A DNA stretch of 64,000 nucleotides from an uncultured bacterium (GCA_965603355.1 CBFDCQ010000001.1:106350-170349), one strand, 5' to 3'. Positions 18,029 through 28,583 are shown, numbered from the stretch's first letter. Program-made: numbers and translations. Notes: generated from the sequence alone by a model not told the origin.

Positions 18029-18504
18029 TTTCTGAACCTCCCTTCTTGCAGACCGCTCTCACCTGAATTGCCTTGCAGTTCTTCGAGATTGATGGAAGAT
18101 CGTCGAGTAACATACTCGACCGGTATGAACATGTTGACGTCTTTCGTATTCGGCGACGATGAACGGGGCTTCAGGAGGGTAGGGAGGATATGCTTGTCGG
18201 GCAGGACAATCCGCAACCGCAGAATGCCGTGGTTCATTGCCTCCCCCTCCATGCCTGTCGGCACGCGTAGAAGGTCCCAAGCACCATGCAGCCAGAATCT
18301 AAGCTCTAACGTGAATCTGTCACGATCTTGTGTGACAGCGATCTAAACACGCAGGCTCTCCCCGACGAGTATAGTGTAACCTAAATGTCGTGGGCAATCA
18401 ACAAGAAACTGCCCCGGAAACCTGAGTTCAAGTCGAACGGCGCACGCAGGTATTGCACAACTGCATTCTGGGGGGATCGTTTCTGACAAGACTCTATTAC
18501 TACG

Positions 18505-20034
18505 TCATCTAGCGGAGGTCTGCGGTGGCTGCGCGTCCGGCGACTGGAATTCGCCATTGCGATGCAGCTCCAACATGATGCCTACGACCTCAGGATCGAA
18601 CTGCTTACCGCTATTCCCGGTCAACTGAGCTTCTATCTCCGCATCGGTCAGGGCGCCGCGGTACGCCCTGTCAGAAGCCATAGCATCATAAGCGTCGGCG
18701 ACTATGATCGTGCGAATACTCATCGACAAAGTATCGGCTTCGATACCGTCAGGATAGCCTCTCCCGTCCTGCCGTTCATGATGATGCCTGATAATGGGTA
18801 TGGCCGGAGTCAGGAACGTCACCGGCGCCAGGACTTCACAGCCTGCTACAGGATGACGCCGCAGCATATCCCATTCTGCATCGTCCAGCGGACCGGGCTT
18901 GTTGAGCACAGTCTCCGGTATGGCGATCTTGCCGATATCATGAAGGGTCGCCGCCGTGCGCAGACAGTCCAGATCGTCGCTGCTCATGCCCAACATAGTC
19001 CCGATCCGCTCGCAGATGGCTGTAACGCGCTGCGAGTGACCGTGTGTGTAAGCGTCTTTCGCCTCAAGCGCAAGGACCAGCGACCGAATGGTCATCAGGT
19101 ATGCGTCCTGGAGGCTGGCAAACAGTCTCGCGTTGTCGAGAGATACCGCGGCCTGGTTGGCAAGAATGGACAGCGTTTTGAGGTCGCTTGCAGTGAACGG
19201 GCGACCGTTTCGTTTCCTGTTGATGTTGATGACACCAAGCACCTGCTTGGAACTCTTCACGGGAAGCGAGACACCCTCCTCGTCATGCGTCTCGATCGGG
19301 ACGGACACGAAGGATTTGTCCGGCAGATCGTTGGAGGCATCCTTGAACTGCGCGTCCTGCTCGACGTCCGCGATGAGCAGCGGCTTGCCCTCTTTGGCCA
19401 CCCATCCGGAAATCCCCTCGCCCAGTTTCACAACCGCTGCGCTTTTCACATCGTCCGGTATGCCTATTGACACGGCTATCCTGAGCGTATCGCCGTCCCG
19501 GTCGCGCAGCATGATCGAGCCTCGTGTAGCCCCGGCTTTTGCCAGAGCGGATTTCAGCACGAACTCGAGCAGCGATTTCTCTTCCCGAAGCGAGTTTATC
19601 GTCTCGCTGATCATGAACAGCTCGCCAAGCTCGCGCAGCCGCGCGTTCTCGTTGAGCAACCTCTTTCGCTCCAGAGCGCCGGCCACAGCAATTCGCACCT
19701 CAGCGATATCGAACGGTTTGAGAACGTAATCGAACGCACCTCCCCTCACAGCAGCGCGCGCCGTATCCAGGGTGGCGTTTCCCGTCATGACGACCGGGAT
19801 AATGTCGGGCAGAACTCGCATCGCCTCCCGGATCAGTTCGATACCGTTCATTCCGGGTAACCTTATGTCGGTAATCAGCAAGTCGAAGTGATGGTCGCGC
19901 ATCTTCTCCAGCGCACTATCCGCTTCGGCGGACGATTCGAGCGCGTATCCCTCATCGCTCAGTATATCCACCAGCAGTTCGAGCACCGCCGGCTCGTCGT
20001 CAACGACGATTATTCTCTCTCCGTTGGCCATCAT
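18505..20034 (-). CDS. response regulator with REC, GAF and HD-GYP domains (c-di-GMP phosphodiesterase type)
   Basis: The REC domain has the phosphoacceptor motif (IVVDDEP...DLLITDIRLPGMNG). A GAF-like middle region follows. The C-terminus has HDIGKIAIPE...RHHHERQDGRGYPDGI (HD-GYP signature). Confidence 0.9.
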   Translation of the reverse strand: MMANGERIIVVDDEPAVLELLVDILSDEGYALESSAEADSALEKMRDHHFDLLITDIRLPGMNGIELIREAMRVLPDIIPVVMTGNATLDTARAAVRGGAFDYVLKPFDIAEVRIAVAGALERKRLLNENARLRELGELFMISETINSLREEKSLLEFVLKSALAKAGATRGSIMLRDRDGDTLRIAVSIGIPDDVKSAAVVKLGEGISGWVAKEGKPLLIADVEQDAQFKDASNDLPDKSFVSVPIETHDEEGVSLPVKSSKQVLGVININRKRNGRPFTASDLKTLSILANQAAVSLDNARLFASLQDAYLMTIRSLVLALEAKDAYTHGHSQRVTAICERIGTMLGMSSDDLDCLRTAATLHDIGKIAIPETVLNKPGPLDDAEWDMLRRHPVAGCEVLAPVTFLTPAIPIIRHHHERQDGRGYPDGIEADTLSMSIRTIIVADAYDAMASDRAYRGALTDAEIEAQLTGNSGKQFDPEVVGIMLELHRNGEFQSPDAQPPQTSAR

Positions 20035-20055
20035 TTTCCTACTGCGCGGCAGATC

Positions 20056-21759
20056 CTACCCACCGTAGAATTCCTGCAGCGCTTTGACATACGCCTCGGC
20101 AACCCATTCCCGAAACCTAGGATCCTTTATCCGCTTACAGTCAGTTACATTGCCGAGGTTGACGATCTCCACCAGGACCTTGACGGGGATCTCGTTGTAT
20201 CGAATGACTGCCGGCACATAGATCCGCCTATCGCGTATGACGTAACCTCTCACAGCAGGATCTTTGTGCACCTTCAAGTTCTTGCTATCGAACGCCTTCC
20301 TAATCTCGTACGCAAAGTCGCGCGACAGCTTCTCGGAACGGTTTCTCTGCCCGCTGGAGAATTCGACGAATGGTTGCTCTCGCACCTCCCTGTATCGCCT
20401 GTATTGGGCATCATTCTTACCGTTCTTTCCGCTGCAGTAGTAAGCGCTCGGGACGTACACCATGAGACCGCGCAAGCTCGACCACAAGGAATCGGCGTGA
20501 AAACTCGTGAATACTATCTTTTCTTTCTCAACACCCTCCCGGCGAAGCTTTCGATAGAGCGAGTTGGCAAGATACCATCTGAGATTGGCGGAGACACTAG
20601 GATCGTTGTTGTAGTACGGCGGGTCCGTCAGTAGATACTCGTCCTTGTCCATCCTGAATCTCTGCGTATCAAACGCCTGATACTTGCTGCTCTTGTCGAC
20701 GATCGTGGTGAACACGCGAGCCTGGGTTTCCTTCTCGAGAAGCCTTTTCACCCGACACATGACATCGTACACGTAGTCGTCCTCGTGAATCCTCTGTGAT
20801 TTATTGCGAGTACCGGGATCCTGGCCTCCATGACCTGCATCCAGTATCACAGCGACCCCGACCAGGTCCTTTGCCGTATACACCGGCCGATGCTTCCTCG
20901 ATTCTTTCCTAAACTCCTCATATATGGCTCTTCTCGGGTCCGAAAGCGGCCTGTACCTCGCTGAAAGAAGGTCAACGGGAATCATGATCTCCGTTCCCAC
21001 GGGTATGTCCTGCGGGTCGCGTACACCGCTGCGTTTCACTATTTGCTCGGACGCCCAGACAACGTCTTTGCTGTCCACCATGTCGGTGAAGTGGGGGACT
21101 ACGTCGCCGTATATCGATTCGCCTTTCCTGAGCCTGTAGGTCGCGTGATCTCCCCTCAGGACAAGCTCTCCGTTGTCGGTAACCACGCGGCGCTTTTGAA
21201 CGAACGGCAGGAGCAGGAGCGACTGAGGGATCTTTATCTTCTGACCGCGTTGGATTGTGTCCCTTCTGAGTCCATTGTACCGCTTTACCTCTTTGAAGGC
21301 GGTTCCCTTGCCCGTGAACCATGTCGCGATCCGCCACAAAGTCTCGCGCCCCTGTCGTGGGCTCGCGTATGTCACTACGTGTGTCCAATGGTTGTCCGAC
21401 GGGGTGTCTTTAGGGAAAAGAGTACGTACTGACAGCAGTTTGTACTGGTCGCTCAGTTGCGCGTAGGGGACTCTGAGCTTGCTGCCCTGGAGGAAGTTGC
21501 GCCACAGATCCGGGCGGATCAGAAGCTCTTGTCCAAGGTCGTCGAAGCTCTGTCTACCGGTCTTCTCGGCCTCGACGTACACGTCTTTTCCACCGACTAT
21601 GCACGCCGTTGCGTACGAGCTGATGTTCTTTCTGATCTCAGGAGGTTTGGCGGCAATGGCGTTCGATGGGAGATACAGGTGTCCCGCGCTCAGCCCCGCG
21701 ACCAAACACAGCACGCCTATTCTGGACCTCCGGTGAGGAGGAAAAACATTTAGCTTCAT
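20056..21759 (-). CDS. N-acetylmuramoyl-L-alanine amidase (Amidase_3 family) with an N-terminal LysM-like segment
   Basis: Signal peptide, then the 'ILDAGHGGQDPG' Amidase_3 catalytic motif in the C-terminal half. A LysM-like stretch (ETLWRIATWFTGKG...GQKIKIP) is present. Confidence 0.8.
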   Translation of the reverse strand: MKLNVFPPHRRSRIGVLCLVAGLSAGHLYLPSNAIAAKPPEIRKNISSYATACIVGGKDVYVEAEKTGRQSFDDLGQELLIRPDLWRNFLQGSKLRVPYAQLSDQYKLLSVRTLFPKDTPSDNHWTHVVTYASPRQGRETLWRIATWFTGKGTAFKEVKRYNGLRRDTIQRGQKIKIPQSLLLLPFVQKRRVVTDNGELVLRGDHATYRLRKGESIYGDVVPHFTDMVDSKDVVWASEQIVKRSGVRDPQDIPVGTEIMIPVDLLSARYRPLSDPRRAIYEEFRKESRKHRPVYTAKDLVGVAVILDAGHGGQDPGTRNKSQRIHEDDYVYDVMCRVKRLLEKETQARVFTTIVDKSSKYQAFDTQRFRMDKDEYLLTDPPYYNNDPSVSANLRWYLANSLYRKLRREGVEKEKIVFTSFHADSLWSSLRGLMVYVPSAYYCSGKNGKNDAQYRRYREVREQPFVEFSSGQRNRSEKLSRDFAYEIRKAFDSKNLKVHKDPAVRGYVIRDRRIYVPAVIRYNEIPVKVLVEIVNLGNVTDCKRIKDPRFREWVAEAYVKALQEFYGG

Positions 21760-22019
21760 TGATAGTAGTGCAATCGTGAGTGGAACTTAGCTGGTAAGTA
21801 CCAGGCCCTCTCGATATCTACCGCTCTCATTACTTATTATACCTGATCCTAAGGTGTTAATTCAACCCGGAGCAGCCGGTCTCCATAGTAACAACGCACA
21901 TCTTGGACCGATTGGAGACGCAGAGATCACGTTTGACCTCGTTTTCTGATATAATTAGTGTCCGAGGTACATGGCAGATGCGGCAAACGATAATGCTGCC
22001 GGTGACAATAGGGGGCGCA

Positions 22020-22948
22020 TCATGAAAGACAGTGTCCAGAACAAGACGACGCCAGAGGTTGTCGAGGAGTTATGCAGGCAGGACTCTTACGGGCCGGTCT
22101 GGCACAAAACCAACCAGGATGTACCGATGCTGGCCGGGGACCTACTGGCCGAGATCGTTGAAGATCTCCGTGCCGTCCTGTTTCCGGGCTACTTCGGTTT
22201 TGCGGAGGTAACGCCTGAAACCATGCCCTATCATATCGGCGCAACGCTGGACAGGATCTTTCCGCGGCTTGTCGAACAGTTGCAACGCGGGATATGTTTT
22301 GCCACCGAAGCGTGCGAGCGCGAGAACCACGTAGCCTGCGAGAGTCGCGCCAGGGAGGTTGCAGCCTCGTTTATATCGAGCTTACCGCGGATCCGTCACC
22401 TGCTTTCGACGGACGTGCAATCGGCCTACGAGGGAGATCCCGCCGCAAAAGACCCGAGCGAAACCATACTGTGCTATCCCAGCATCAAGACACAGACGAA
22501 CTACCGCATCGCCCACGAGCTGTATCGATTGGGCGTACCGCTGATCCCGCGCATCATTACCGAACAGGCCCACTCAGAGACCGGTATCGACATTCATCCT
22601 GGCGCGGATATAGGCGAGCGGTTTTTCATAGATCACGGGACCGGCGTAGTCATCGGCGAGACCTGCGTGATCGGGCAGAACGTCCGTCTGTATCAAGGTG
22701 TCACCCTTGGAGCAAAAAGTCTTCCGCTGGATGAACACGGTAAACCCATAAAGGGTATCGCCAGGCACCCGATCGTGGAGGACGACGCGATCATTTACTC
22801 GGGCGCCACGATCCTCGGCCGGGTGACGATAGGCAAGGGGTCGGTTATTGGAGGTAACGTTTGGCTGACGCACAGCGTTCCGCCGGGCAGCCTGATCACG
22901 CAAAGCAGACCCTTCGAGGAACAGTTCGAGGCTGGGGCGGGCGTATGA
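22020..22948 (+). CDS. cysE: serine O-acetyltransferase
   Basis: Left-handed beta-helix hexapeptide repeats and the conserved core (IDIHPGADIGERFFIDHGTGVVIGETCVIGQNVRLYQGVTLG). The in-frame ATG at 22020 follows AGGGGG with 6-nt spacing; the ORF-track start at 21971 has an SD only 2 nt away. Confidence 0.85.
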
Positions 22949-23133
22949 TACCTGCCGTACGTCTGAAGGCGTGGATTATGAGCGGCGAAAGGCAATACCG
23001 CGCGAGTGCGTTTCGATATTCTCACACGCCAGAATGACATTGACAGAATCGGCCGTATCTGTAACCATAATGGGGCCGACGTTGGCTAACAGAGACCGGA
23101 GACTCAATAAAGCGAAACACGGGAGAAAGCTCC

Positions 23134-23979
23134 ATGTGGGATTACACTGACAAAGTCAAAGAGCATTTCAGCCACCCTCGAAACGTAGGGCTTATCGAGG
23201 AACCCGACGGTGTCGGTGAGGTCGGTTCATTGGCGTGCGGCGACGCCCTTAAGCTCACCTTCAAACTGGACGACGACGGCCGCATCGCCGACGTGAAGTT
23301 CCAGACGTTCGGGTGCGCGAGCGCCATCGCATCCTCCTCCGCCCTGACCGAGATCATCAAGGGTATGACCCTGGATGAGGCGGAAAAAGTTACCAACAAG
23401 GACATCGCCGAATACCTTGGAGGGCTGCCGGAACAGAAGATGCACTGCTCCGTAATGGGTCGCGAGGCGCTGGAAGCGGCCATCAGGAACTATCGCACCG
23501 GACAAACGGGAACACGTGAACTTGAGGGCAAGGTTGTTTGCACGTGTTTCGGTGTCACCGACAGTGAGATAGAACGGATCGTACGTGATAACAACCTGTC
23601 ATCGGTCGAGGACGTCACCAACTACTGCAAGGCCGGAGGCGGCTGTGGCGGGTGCAGGGAGGAAATCGCGAAGATTATCTCAGCCGTTCGAGGGGAACCT
23701 ATCGAGGTGGAACAACCTCAACCGCAGCCCAAGCGCATCACCAATATTCAGCGGATAAATCTGATCGAGGAGACGATCGAACGTGAGATTCGTCCACGAC
23801 TGCGCCAGGACGGCGGCGACATAGAGCTGGTGGACGTTGAGGGGAACCGCGTCCTGGTATCGTTCCGGAAAGCCTGCGCCCAGTGTCCCGCCGCCCCTTT
23901 CACGATGAAGGAGATCGTGGAAGCGCCGCTGCGCCAGTTCGTCTCGCAGGACATAGTCGTTGAGGAGGTAAAACCATGA
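23134..23979 (+). CDS. nifU: NifU (full-length: IscU-like scaffold + BFD-like [2Fe-2S] + C-terminal NifU/Nfu domain)
   Basis: N-terminus has MWDYTDKVKEHFSHPRNVG...GDALKL...CASAIASSSALTE...HCSVMG (IscU cysteines). A central CxxC...CxxC region follows, then the C-terminal ...CAQCPAAPFT motif. Confidence 0.9.
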   Translation: MWDYTDKVKEHFSHPRNVGLIEEPDGVGEVGSLACGDALKLTFKLDDDGRIADVKFQTFGCASAIASSSALTEIIKGMTLDEAEKVTNKDIAEYLGGLPEQKMHCSVMGREALEAAIRNYRTGQTGTRELEGKVVCTCFGVTDSEIERIVRDNNLSSVEDVTNYCKAGGGCGGCREEIAKIISAVRGEPIEVEQPQPQPKRITNIQRINLIEETIEREIRPRLRQDGGDIELVDVEGNRVLVSFRKACAQCPAAPFTMKEIVEAPLRQFVSQDIVVEEVKP

Positions 23980-25133
23980 GGAACGTTTACCTCGACAATA
24001 ACGCAACGACAATGGTGGCTCCCGAGGTCAGAGACGCCATGGCGCCGTTTTTCGAGGAACTATGGGGGAACCCTTCCAGCATCCATACGTTCGGCGGGCA
24101 AGTGAAACAGTACGTCGATGAAGCCCGCGCAGGTGTCGCGGCGTTGATCGGCGCCGACCCGTCGGAGATAGTCTTCACGGGTTGCGGCTCGGAAAGCGAC
24201 AACATGGCGCTGCGAGGCGCCGTGGAAGCCGCCGGAGGTTACCCTCACATTATCACTACCCGCGTCGAACATCCGGCCGTCATGACGGTATGCCGTTATC
24301 TCGGAGACCGCGGCTCCAAGCTCACGGAGCTGCGGGTGGATTCCGAAGGGCGGCTCGACCTCGACGAACTTCAAGACTCCATCGGTTCAGACACTGATAT
24401 AATAAGTATCATGTGGGCCAACAACGAGACAGGCGTGATCTTCCCTGTAGAAGAGATCGCCGAAATCGTCAAACAGGCCGGGTGCGTCATGCACACCGAC
24501 GCCGTGCAGATGGTCGGCAAGATGCCCGTTGACGTTAAGGAAACCTCGGTCGATTTGCTCTCTCTCTCTGGCCACAAACTTCATGCGCCCAAAGGGGTAG
24601 GGGCGCTTTACGTGCGAAAAGGAACGAAAGTGAATCCGCTGATCCTCGGCGGACACCAGGAGGGCGGCAAACGTGCCGGCACAGAGAATGTGCCTTATAT
24701 TGTGGGTCTGGGACGCGCCTGCGAGCTTGCGGCCGAGAACATGGAAGAGGAAAGGGTTCGCGTCAAGGCGATGCGCGACCGGCTGGAGGAGGGTATCCTC
24801 GCCAGCTGCCCGGACGTGCACGTCAACGGCGACCGCGACAACCGTCTGCCTAACACCCTGAACGTCGGGTTTGAGTTTATTGAGGGCGAAGCTATTCTCC
24901 TGATGCTCGACGAGGTTGGAATAGCCGCCTCGTCAGGTTCCGCCTGCACCTCCGGGTCCCTGGAGCCGTCGCACGTCATGCGGGCAATGGGTGTACCGTT
25001 CACGGCGGCGCACGGCTCGATCCGTTTCAGCCTGAGCAGGTACAACACGGATGATGACGTATCTCACACGCTGGAACATCTTCCGAGGATAGTGAACCGT
25101 CTGCGGGAACTGTCTCCGTTCGTGAAAGATTGA
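23976..25133 (+). CDS. nifS: cysteine desulfurase (class I, NifS/IscS-like)
   Basis: MRNVYLDNNATT...; PLP-lysine motif LSLSGHKLHAPKGVGALY; catalytic cysteine loop SSGSACTSGS. It overlaps the nifU stop by 4 nt. Confidence 0.9.
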   Translation: MRNVYLDNNATTMVAPEVRDAMAPFFEELWGNPSSIHTFGGQVKQYVDEARAGVAALIGADPSEIVFTGCGSESDNMALRGAVEAAGGYPHIITTRVEHPAVMTVCRYLGDRGSKLTELRVDSEGRLDLDELQDSIGSDTDIISIMWANNETGVIFPVEEIAEIVKQAGCVMHTDAVQMVGKMPVDVKETSVDLLSLSGHKLHAPKGVGALYVRKGTKVNPLILGGHQEGGKRAGTENVPYIVGLGRACELAAENMEEERVRVKAMRDRLEEGILASCPDVHVNGDRDNRLPNTLNVGFEFIEGEAILLMLDEVGIAASSGSACTSGSLEPSHVMRAMGVPFTAAHGSIRFSLSRYNTDDDVSHTLEHLPRIVNRLRELSPFVKD

Positions 25134-25143
25134 ACGCGCGCGT

Positions 25144-27594
25144 CTAGTCATCGTGGGGCGGCGACACGTCTACTCCGCCGCAACAAACGTTTGCCGCATC
25201 TGGTGCTGTGCAGCACGCACGGGAGTAGTCCGGCGATACTCGGCGCAGTCGTTCGACGACTTCCGGCAGGGCCCCGAGCACGTAATCTACATCTTCCTGA
25301 GTATTGTCTCGTCCCAGAGAGAATCGGATACTCGCGTGTGCCGTTGTAGGCGTGACGCCCATCGCGCGAAGAACGTGAGAAGGTTCGACCGAGCCGGACG
25401 TACATGCTGAACCGGTGGACACCGCGATACCTTTCATGTCCAGACCAATAAGAAGCGCTTCCCCCTCGGCACACTCGAAACTCATGTTGAGCATGTTAGG
25501 CAGCCGGCTCGCGACCGAACCGTTTGTCCGCACGAGATCGATCCGCTCCTTTATACCGACCTCAAGCCGATCCCGAAGCGCCGCGAGACGAGCCGACTCA
25601 GCAGCCGCATCGCTGCACGCAAGCTCGATCGCTCTGGCGAAACCGACTATCCCCGGCACGTTCTCCGTACCTGCGCGACGGTTCCGTTCCTGATACCCCC
25701 CGTGCAGCAATGGCGCGATCCGTGTGCCTTTCCTGCTGTACAGCGCGCCTACTCCTTTCGGACCATAGAGCTTGTGCGCCGATATAGTCAGCAGAGCCAC
25801 GTTGAGCCGGTTCACATCGACCGGCATCTTTCCAACAGCTTGGACGGCGTCCGTATGGAAGGCAATTCCTCTTTGCCTGGCGATATCAGCAAGATCATCA
25901 ATAGGTTGAACCGTGCCGGTCTCACTGTTTGCGAGCGTAACGGAAACCAGGGTCGTGTCCGGCGTGAGAGCTTCTCGCAAGCTTTCCGGATCGACCAGCC
26001 CGTCACCGTCAACCGGCAGATAACTTGACGAGAACTCTCTGTCTTCCAGTTCACGAAAGCAATTGAGTACCGAGTGATGTTCGATCTGGGACGTCACGAT
26101 GTGCCTGGCCCTCTTCTCGTATGCGCGGGCCGCACCCTTGACCGCCATATTGTTGCCCTCGGTTCCCCCGCTGGTGAAGTATATCTCCGTGGGATCGGCG
26201 CCGATGCAGTCTGCAACCGTGTTCCGCGCGTCCTCGACGGCCTTTCGCGCCTCCTGCCCGCAAGTATGTATGCTGGAAGCGTTGCCGAACGTGCCGGTGA
26301 AATACGGCAGCATCGCCTCCAGCACTTCTTCCCGGACGGGCGTCGTGGCTGCATGGTCCATGTACACTTTTCGCATTGTTTCTCTCCTACGTGTACAACC
26401 TATCGGGGCCGTGTCGGATTCCCCGGAGACGTAGGGGCGAGGCATGCCGCGCCCCGACAAAGCATCCATGGCTTGCGCGAGATCGTCGATCAAGTCTTCA
26501 GCGTCCTCGAGTCCCACCGAGAGTCGAACCAGCCTGTCGTTTATGCCGAGGCGGTCGCACTCTTCACGCGGATAACTCAGATGCGTCATACGCGCCGGCA
26601 ACGTTACGATGCTCTCAACGGCGCCCAGGCTCACCGCGAGCGACCAGAGCTTCACCTTTTGCAACACCCGTTTGGCAACATCTTCGTCACGCGCCAGGAA
26701 CGATACCATCGCGCCGCCGCCGGAAGCCTGTCTCGCGTGGATATCGTTATCCGGATGCGTATCGAGACCCGGGTACAACACCTGCTCCACGTCGGCTCGG
26801 TCGAGCAGCCACTCCGCGATCTGTCGCGCGCTCTCTTGCTGCACGTTCATCCTGGCTTTCAGTGTCTTCATCCCCCTCATGAGAAGCCAGCAATCGAAAG
26901 GGGAGGGGACGGCACCTACTGCGTTTTGACGAAAATGTATCTTCTTCGCCAACTTATCATCATTGACCACCGCTAATCCGGCAATGAGATCGCTGTGTCC
27001 CCCGAGGTACTTCGTAGCGCTGTGAATCACAATGTCCGCGCCGGCCTCCAGAGGCCGCTGAAGATAGGGCGACATGAACGTATTGTCCACCATAAGAAGG
27101 ATGTCCTTCTCGCGCGATATCGCCGACAACTCCCCCAAGTCGGTGATCTTCATCATCGGATTCGACGGGGTCTCGATCAGGATCGCGCGCGTCCTGTCGC
27201 TCAGCGCCGTCTCGACCGCCGCAATGTCCCCGGTATCCACCAGGCTGAACTCTATGCCGAAGCGCGGGAACAATCTGGTCAGGATCCTGTACGTGCCTCC
27301 GTACAACCCCTCGGTGGCTATGACATGGTCGCCGCTCTCCAACAACATCAAGCATGTTGAGATAGCCGCCATACCAGAGGAGAACGCGAATCCGCACTCG
27401 CCGCCCTCCAACAAGGCGATGTACTTCTCAAGCACGTCGCGTGTCGGATTGCCGGTGCGCGAGTAGTCGTATCCACCTTGCTGATCGGGGCTCGTGCGCT
27501 TGAACGTCGAGACCTGATATATCGGTGTACTCAGCGCCCCCGTATGCGGACACGTGCTACCGGGATGGTGTATTAGTCTCGTACCTATTCTCAT
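25144..27594 (-). CDS. in-frame fusion ORF: N-terminal Cys/Met-metabolism PLP enzyme (cystathionine beta-lyase / gamma-synthase family) + C-terminal cysteine desulfurase (IscS/NifS-like)
   Basis: Residues 1-~385 match the MetC/MetB family (YSRTGNPTRDVLEKYIALLEGGE, SATKYLGGHSD, RLSVGLEDAEDLIDDL). Residues ~407-816 are a complete class-I desulfurase (MRKVYMDHAATT..., SAHKLYGPKGVGALY, STGSACTSGS). An internal AGGAGAG-N5-ATG sits at the junction (~26376-26392) and +1 / +2 frame stops occur in the linker, so a 1-nt indel would resolve it into two genes. Confidence 0.7.
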   Translation of the reverse strand: MRIGTRLIHHPGSTCPHTGALSTPIYQVSTFKRTSPDQQGGYDYSRTGNPTRDVLEKYIALLEGGECGFAFSSGMAAISTCLMLLESGDHVIATEGLYGGTYRILTRLFPRFGIEFSLVDTGDIAAVETALSDRTRAILIETPSNPMMKITDLGELSAISREKDILLMVDNTFMSPYLQRPLEAGADIVIHSATKYLGGHSDLIAGLAVVNDDKLAKKIHFRQNAVGAVPSPFDCWLLMRGMKTLKARMNVQQESARQIAEWLLDRADVEQVLYPGLDTHPDNDIHARQASGGGAMVSFLARDEDVAKRVLQKVKLWSLAVSLGAVESIVTLPARMTHLSYPREECDRLGINDRLVRLSVGLEDAEDLIDDLAQAMDALSGRGMPRPYVSGESDTAPIGCTRRRETMRKVYMDHAATTPVREEVLEAMLPYFTGTFGNASSIHTCGQEARKAVEDARNTVADCIGADPTEIYFTSGGTEGNNMAVKGAARAYEKRARHIVTSQIEHHSVLNCFRELEDREFSSSYLPVDGDGLVDPESLREALTPDTTLVSVTLANSETGTVQPIDDLADIARQRGIAFHTDAVQAVGKMPVDVNRLNVALLTISAHKLYGPKGVGALYSRKGTRIAPLLHGGYQERNRRAGTENVPGIVGFARAIELACSDAAAESARLAALRDRLEVGIKERIDLVRTNGSVASRLPNMLNMSFECAEGEALLIGLDMKGIAVSTGSACTSGSVEPSHVLRAMGVTPTTAHASIRFSLGRDNTQEDVDYVLGALPEVVERLRRVSPDYSRACCTAPDAANVCCGGVDVSPPHDD

Positions 27595-27625
27595 TAACGG
27601 CCTCCACGATGTTCGTGCTAACCCG

Positions 27626-28555
27626 TTACCTTTGCTGGAACAGCCACGTCGAGAGGTATCTCTCGCCGGTGTCCGGCAAAATGACTACGATCATTGCTCC
27701 GGCATTTTCCGGGCGTTTGGCAACCTCCAGCGCCGCGTGTGCGGCCGCACCGGACGAAATCCCAACAAGAAGTCCTTCCTCCTTGGCGAGTCGGCGTGCC
27801 GCGTTACCCGCGTCCTCGTCCTTGACCTGTATCACCTCGTCAATCAGCTCCGGCCGCAACACGTCGGGGATGAACCCCGCTCCTATACCTTGAATCTTGT
27901 GCGGTCCAGGTTGTCCGCCGGATAGCACCGGCGACCCTTCCGGCTCAACCGCTATAGCCTTGAACTCCGGCTTCCTCGGCTTTATGGCCTCGGCGATACC
28001 GGTGACAGTTCCACCTGTGCCGACTCCCGCCACAAGGATGTCCACCTTGCCGTCGGTATCCCTCCATATCTCTTCAGCGGTCGTCTCACGATGTACGAGC
28101 GGATTAGCCGGATTCTTGAACTGCTGAGGCATGATCGCGTTCGGCGTTTCCTCGACGAGCTCCTCAGCTTTCCTCACTGCGCCGGGCATCCCCTCAGGTC
28201 CGGGAGTCAGGACGAGCTCAGCGCCAAGCACACGCAGAAGGTGTCTGCGTTCAACGCTCATCGTCTCGGGCATCGCCAGGATCAGCTTGTACCCCCGTGC
28301 GGCACAAACGAACGCCAACGCTATACCGGTGTTCCCGCTTGTGGGTTCTATGACCACCGTATCCTTCTTTATCGAACCTTCCTCTTCAGCCGCGTCTATC
28401 ATCGAGACACCTATCCTGTCCTTCACGCTGCCGAGCGGGTTGAACGATTCAAGCTTGGCCACTAACGGCGCCTCCAATCCTGCACTGAACCTGCTCAGCC
28501 GAACCAGGGGAGTGTTCCCTATTGTTTGCGTCACATCGTCGTATATTGTGCCCAT
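27626..28555 (-). CDS. cysK: cysteine synthase A (O-acetylserine sulfhydrylase)
   Basis: PLP-lysine motif '[11 protein letters not shown]', '[10 protein letters not shown]', glycine-rich loop '[10 protein letters not shown]'. 309 aa. Confidence 0.9.
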   Translation of the reverse strand: MGTIYDDVTQTIGNTPLVRLSRFSAGLEAPLVAKLESFNPLGSVKDRIGVSMIDAAEEEGSIKKDTVVIEPTSGNTGIALAFVCAARGYKLILAMPETMSVERRHLLRVLGAELVLTPGPEGMPGAVRKAEELVEETPNAIMPQQFKNPANPLVHRETTAEEIWRDTDGKVDILVAGVGTGGTVTGIAEAIKPRKPEFKAIAVEPEGSPVLSGGQPGPHKIQGIGAGFIPDVLRPELIDEVIQVKDEDAGNAARRLAKEEGLLVGISSGAAAHAALEVAKRPENAGAMIVVILPDTGERYLSTWLFQQR

Positions 28556-28583
28556 CGTCGCCTCCGTTTCACCGTTTCCACAG

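Noticed and set aside
18562-19729. Plus-strand ORFs of 302 and 213 aa
   Set aside because: Antisense to the REC-GAF-HD-GYP regulator gene.
21971-22019. Upstream ATG (21971) as the cysE start
   Set aside because: Its SD-like GAGGT is only 2 nt from the ATG. The in-frame ATG at 22020 has AGGGGG at 6 nt and gives a typical CysE length. This remains uncertain.
26074-26976. 300-aa plus-strand ORF inside the fusion gene
   Set aside because: Antisense to a region encoding conserved PLP-enzyme and desulfurase motifs.
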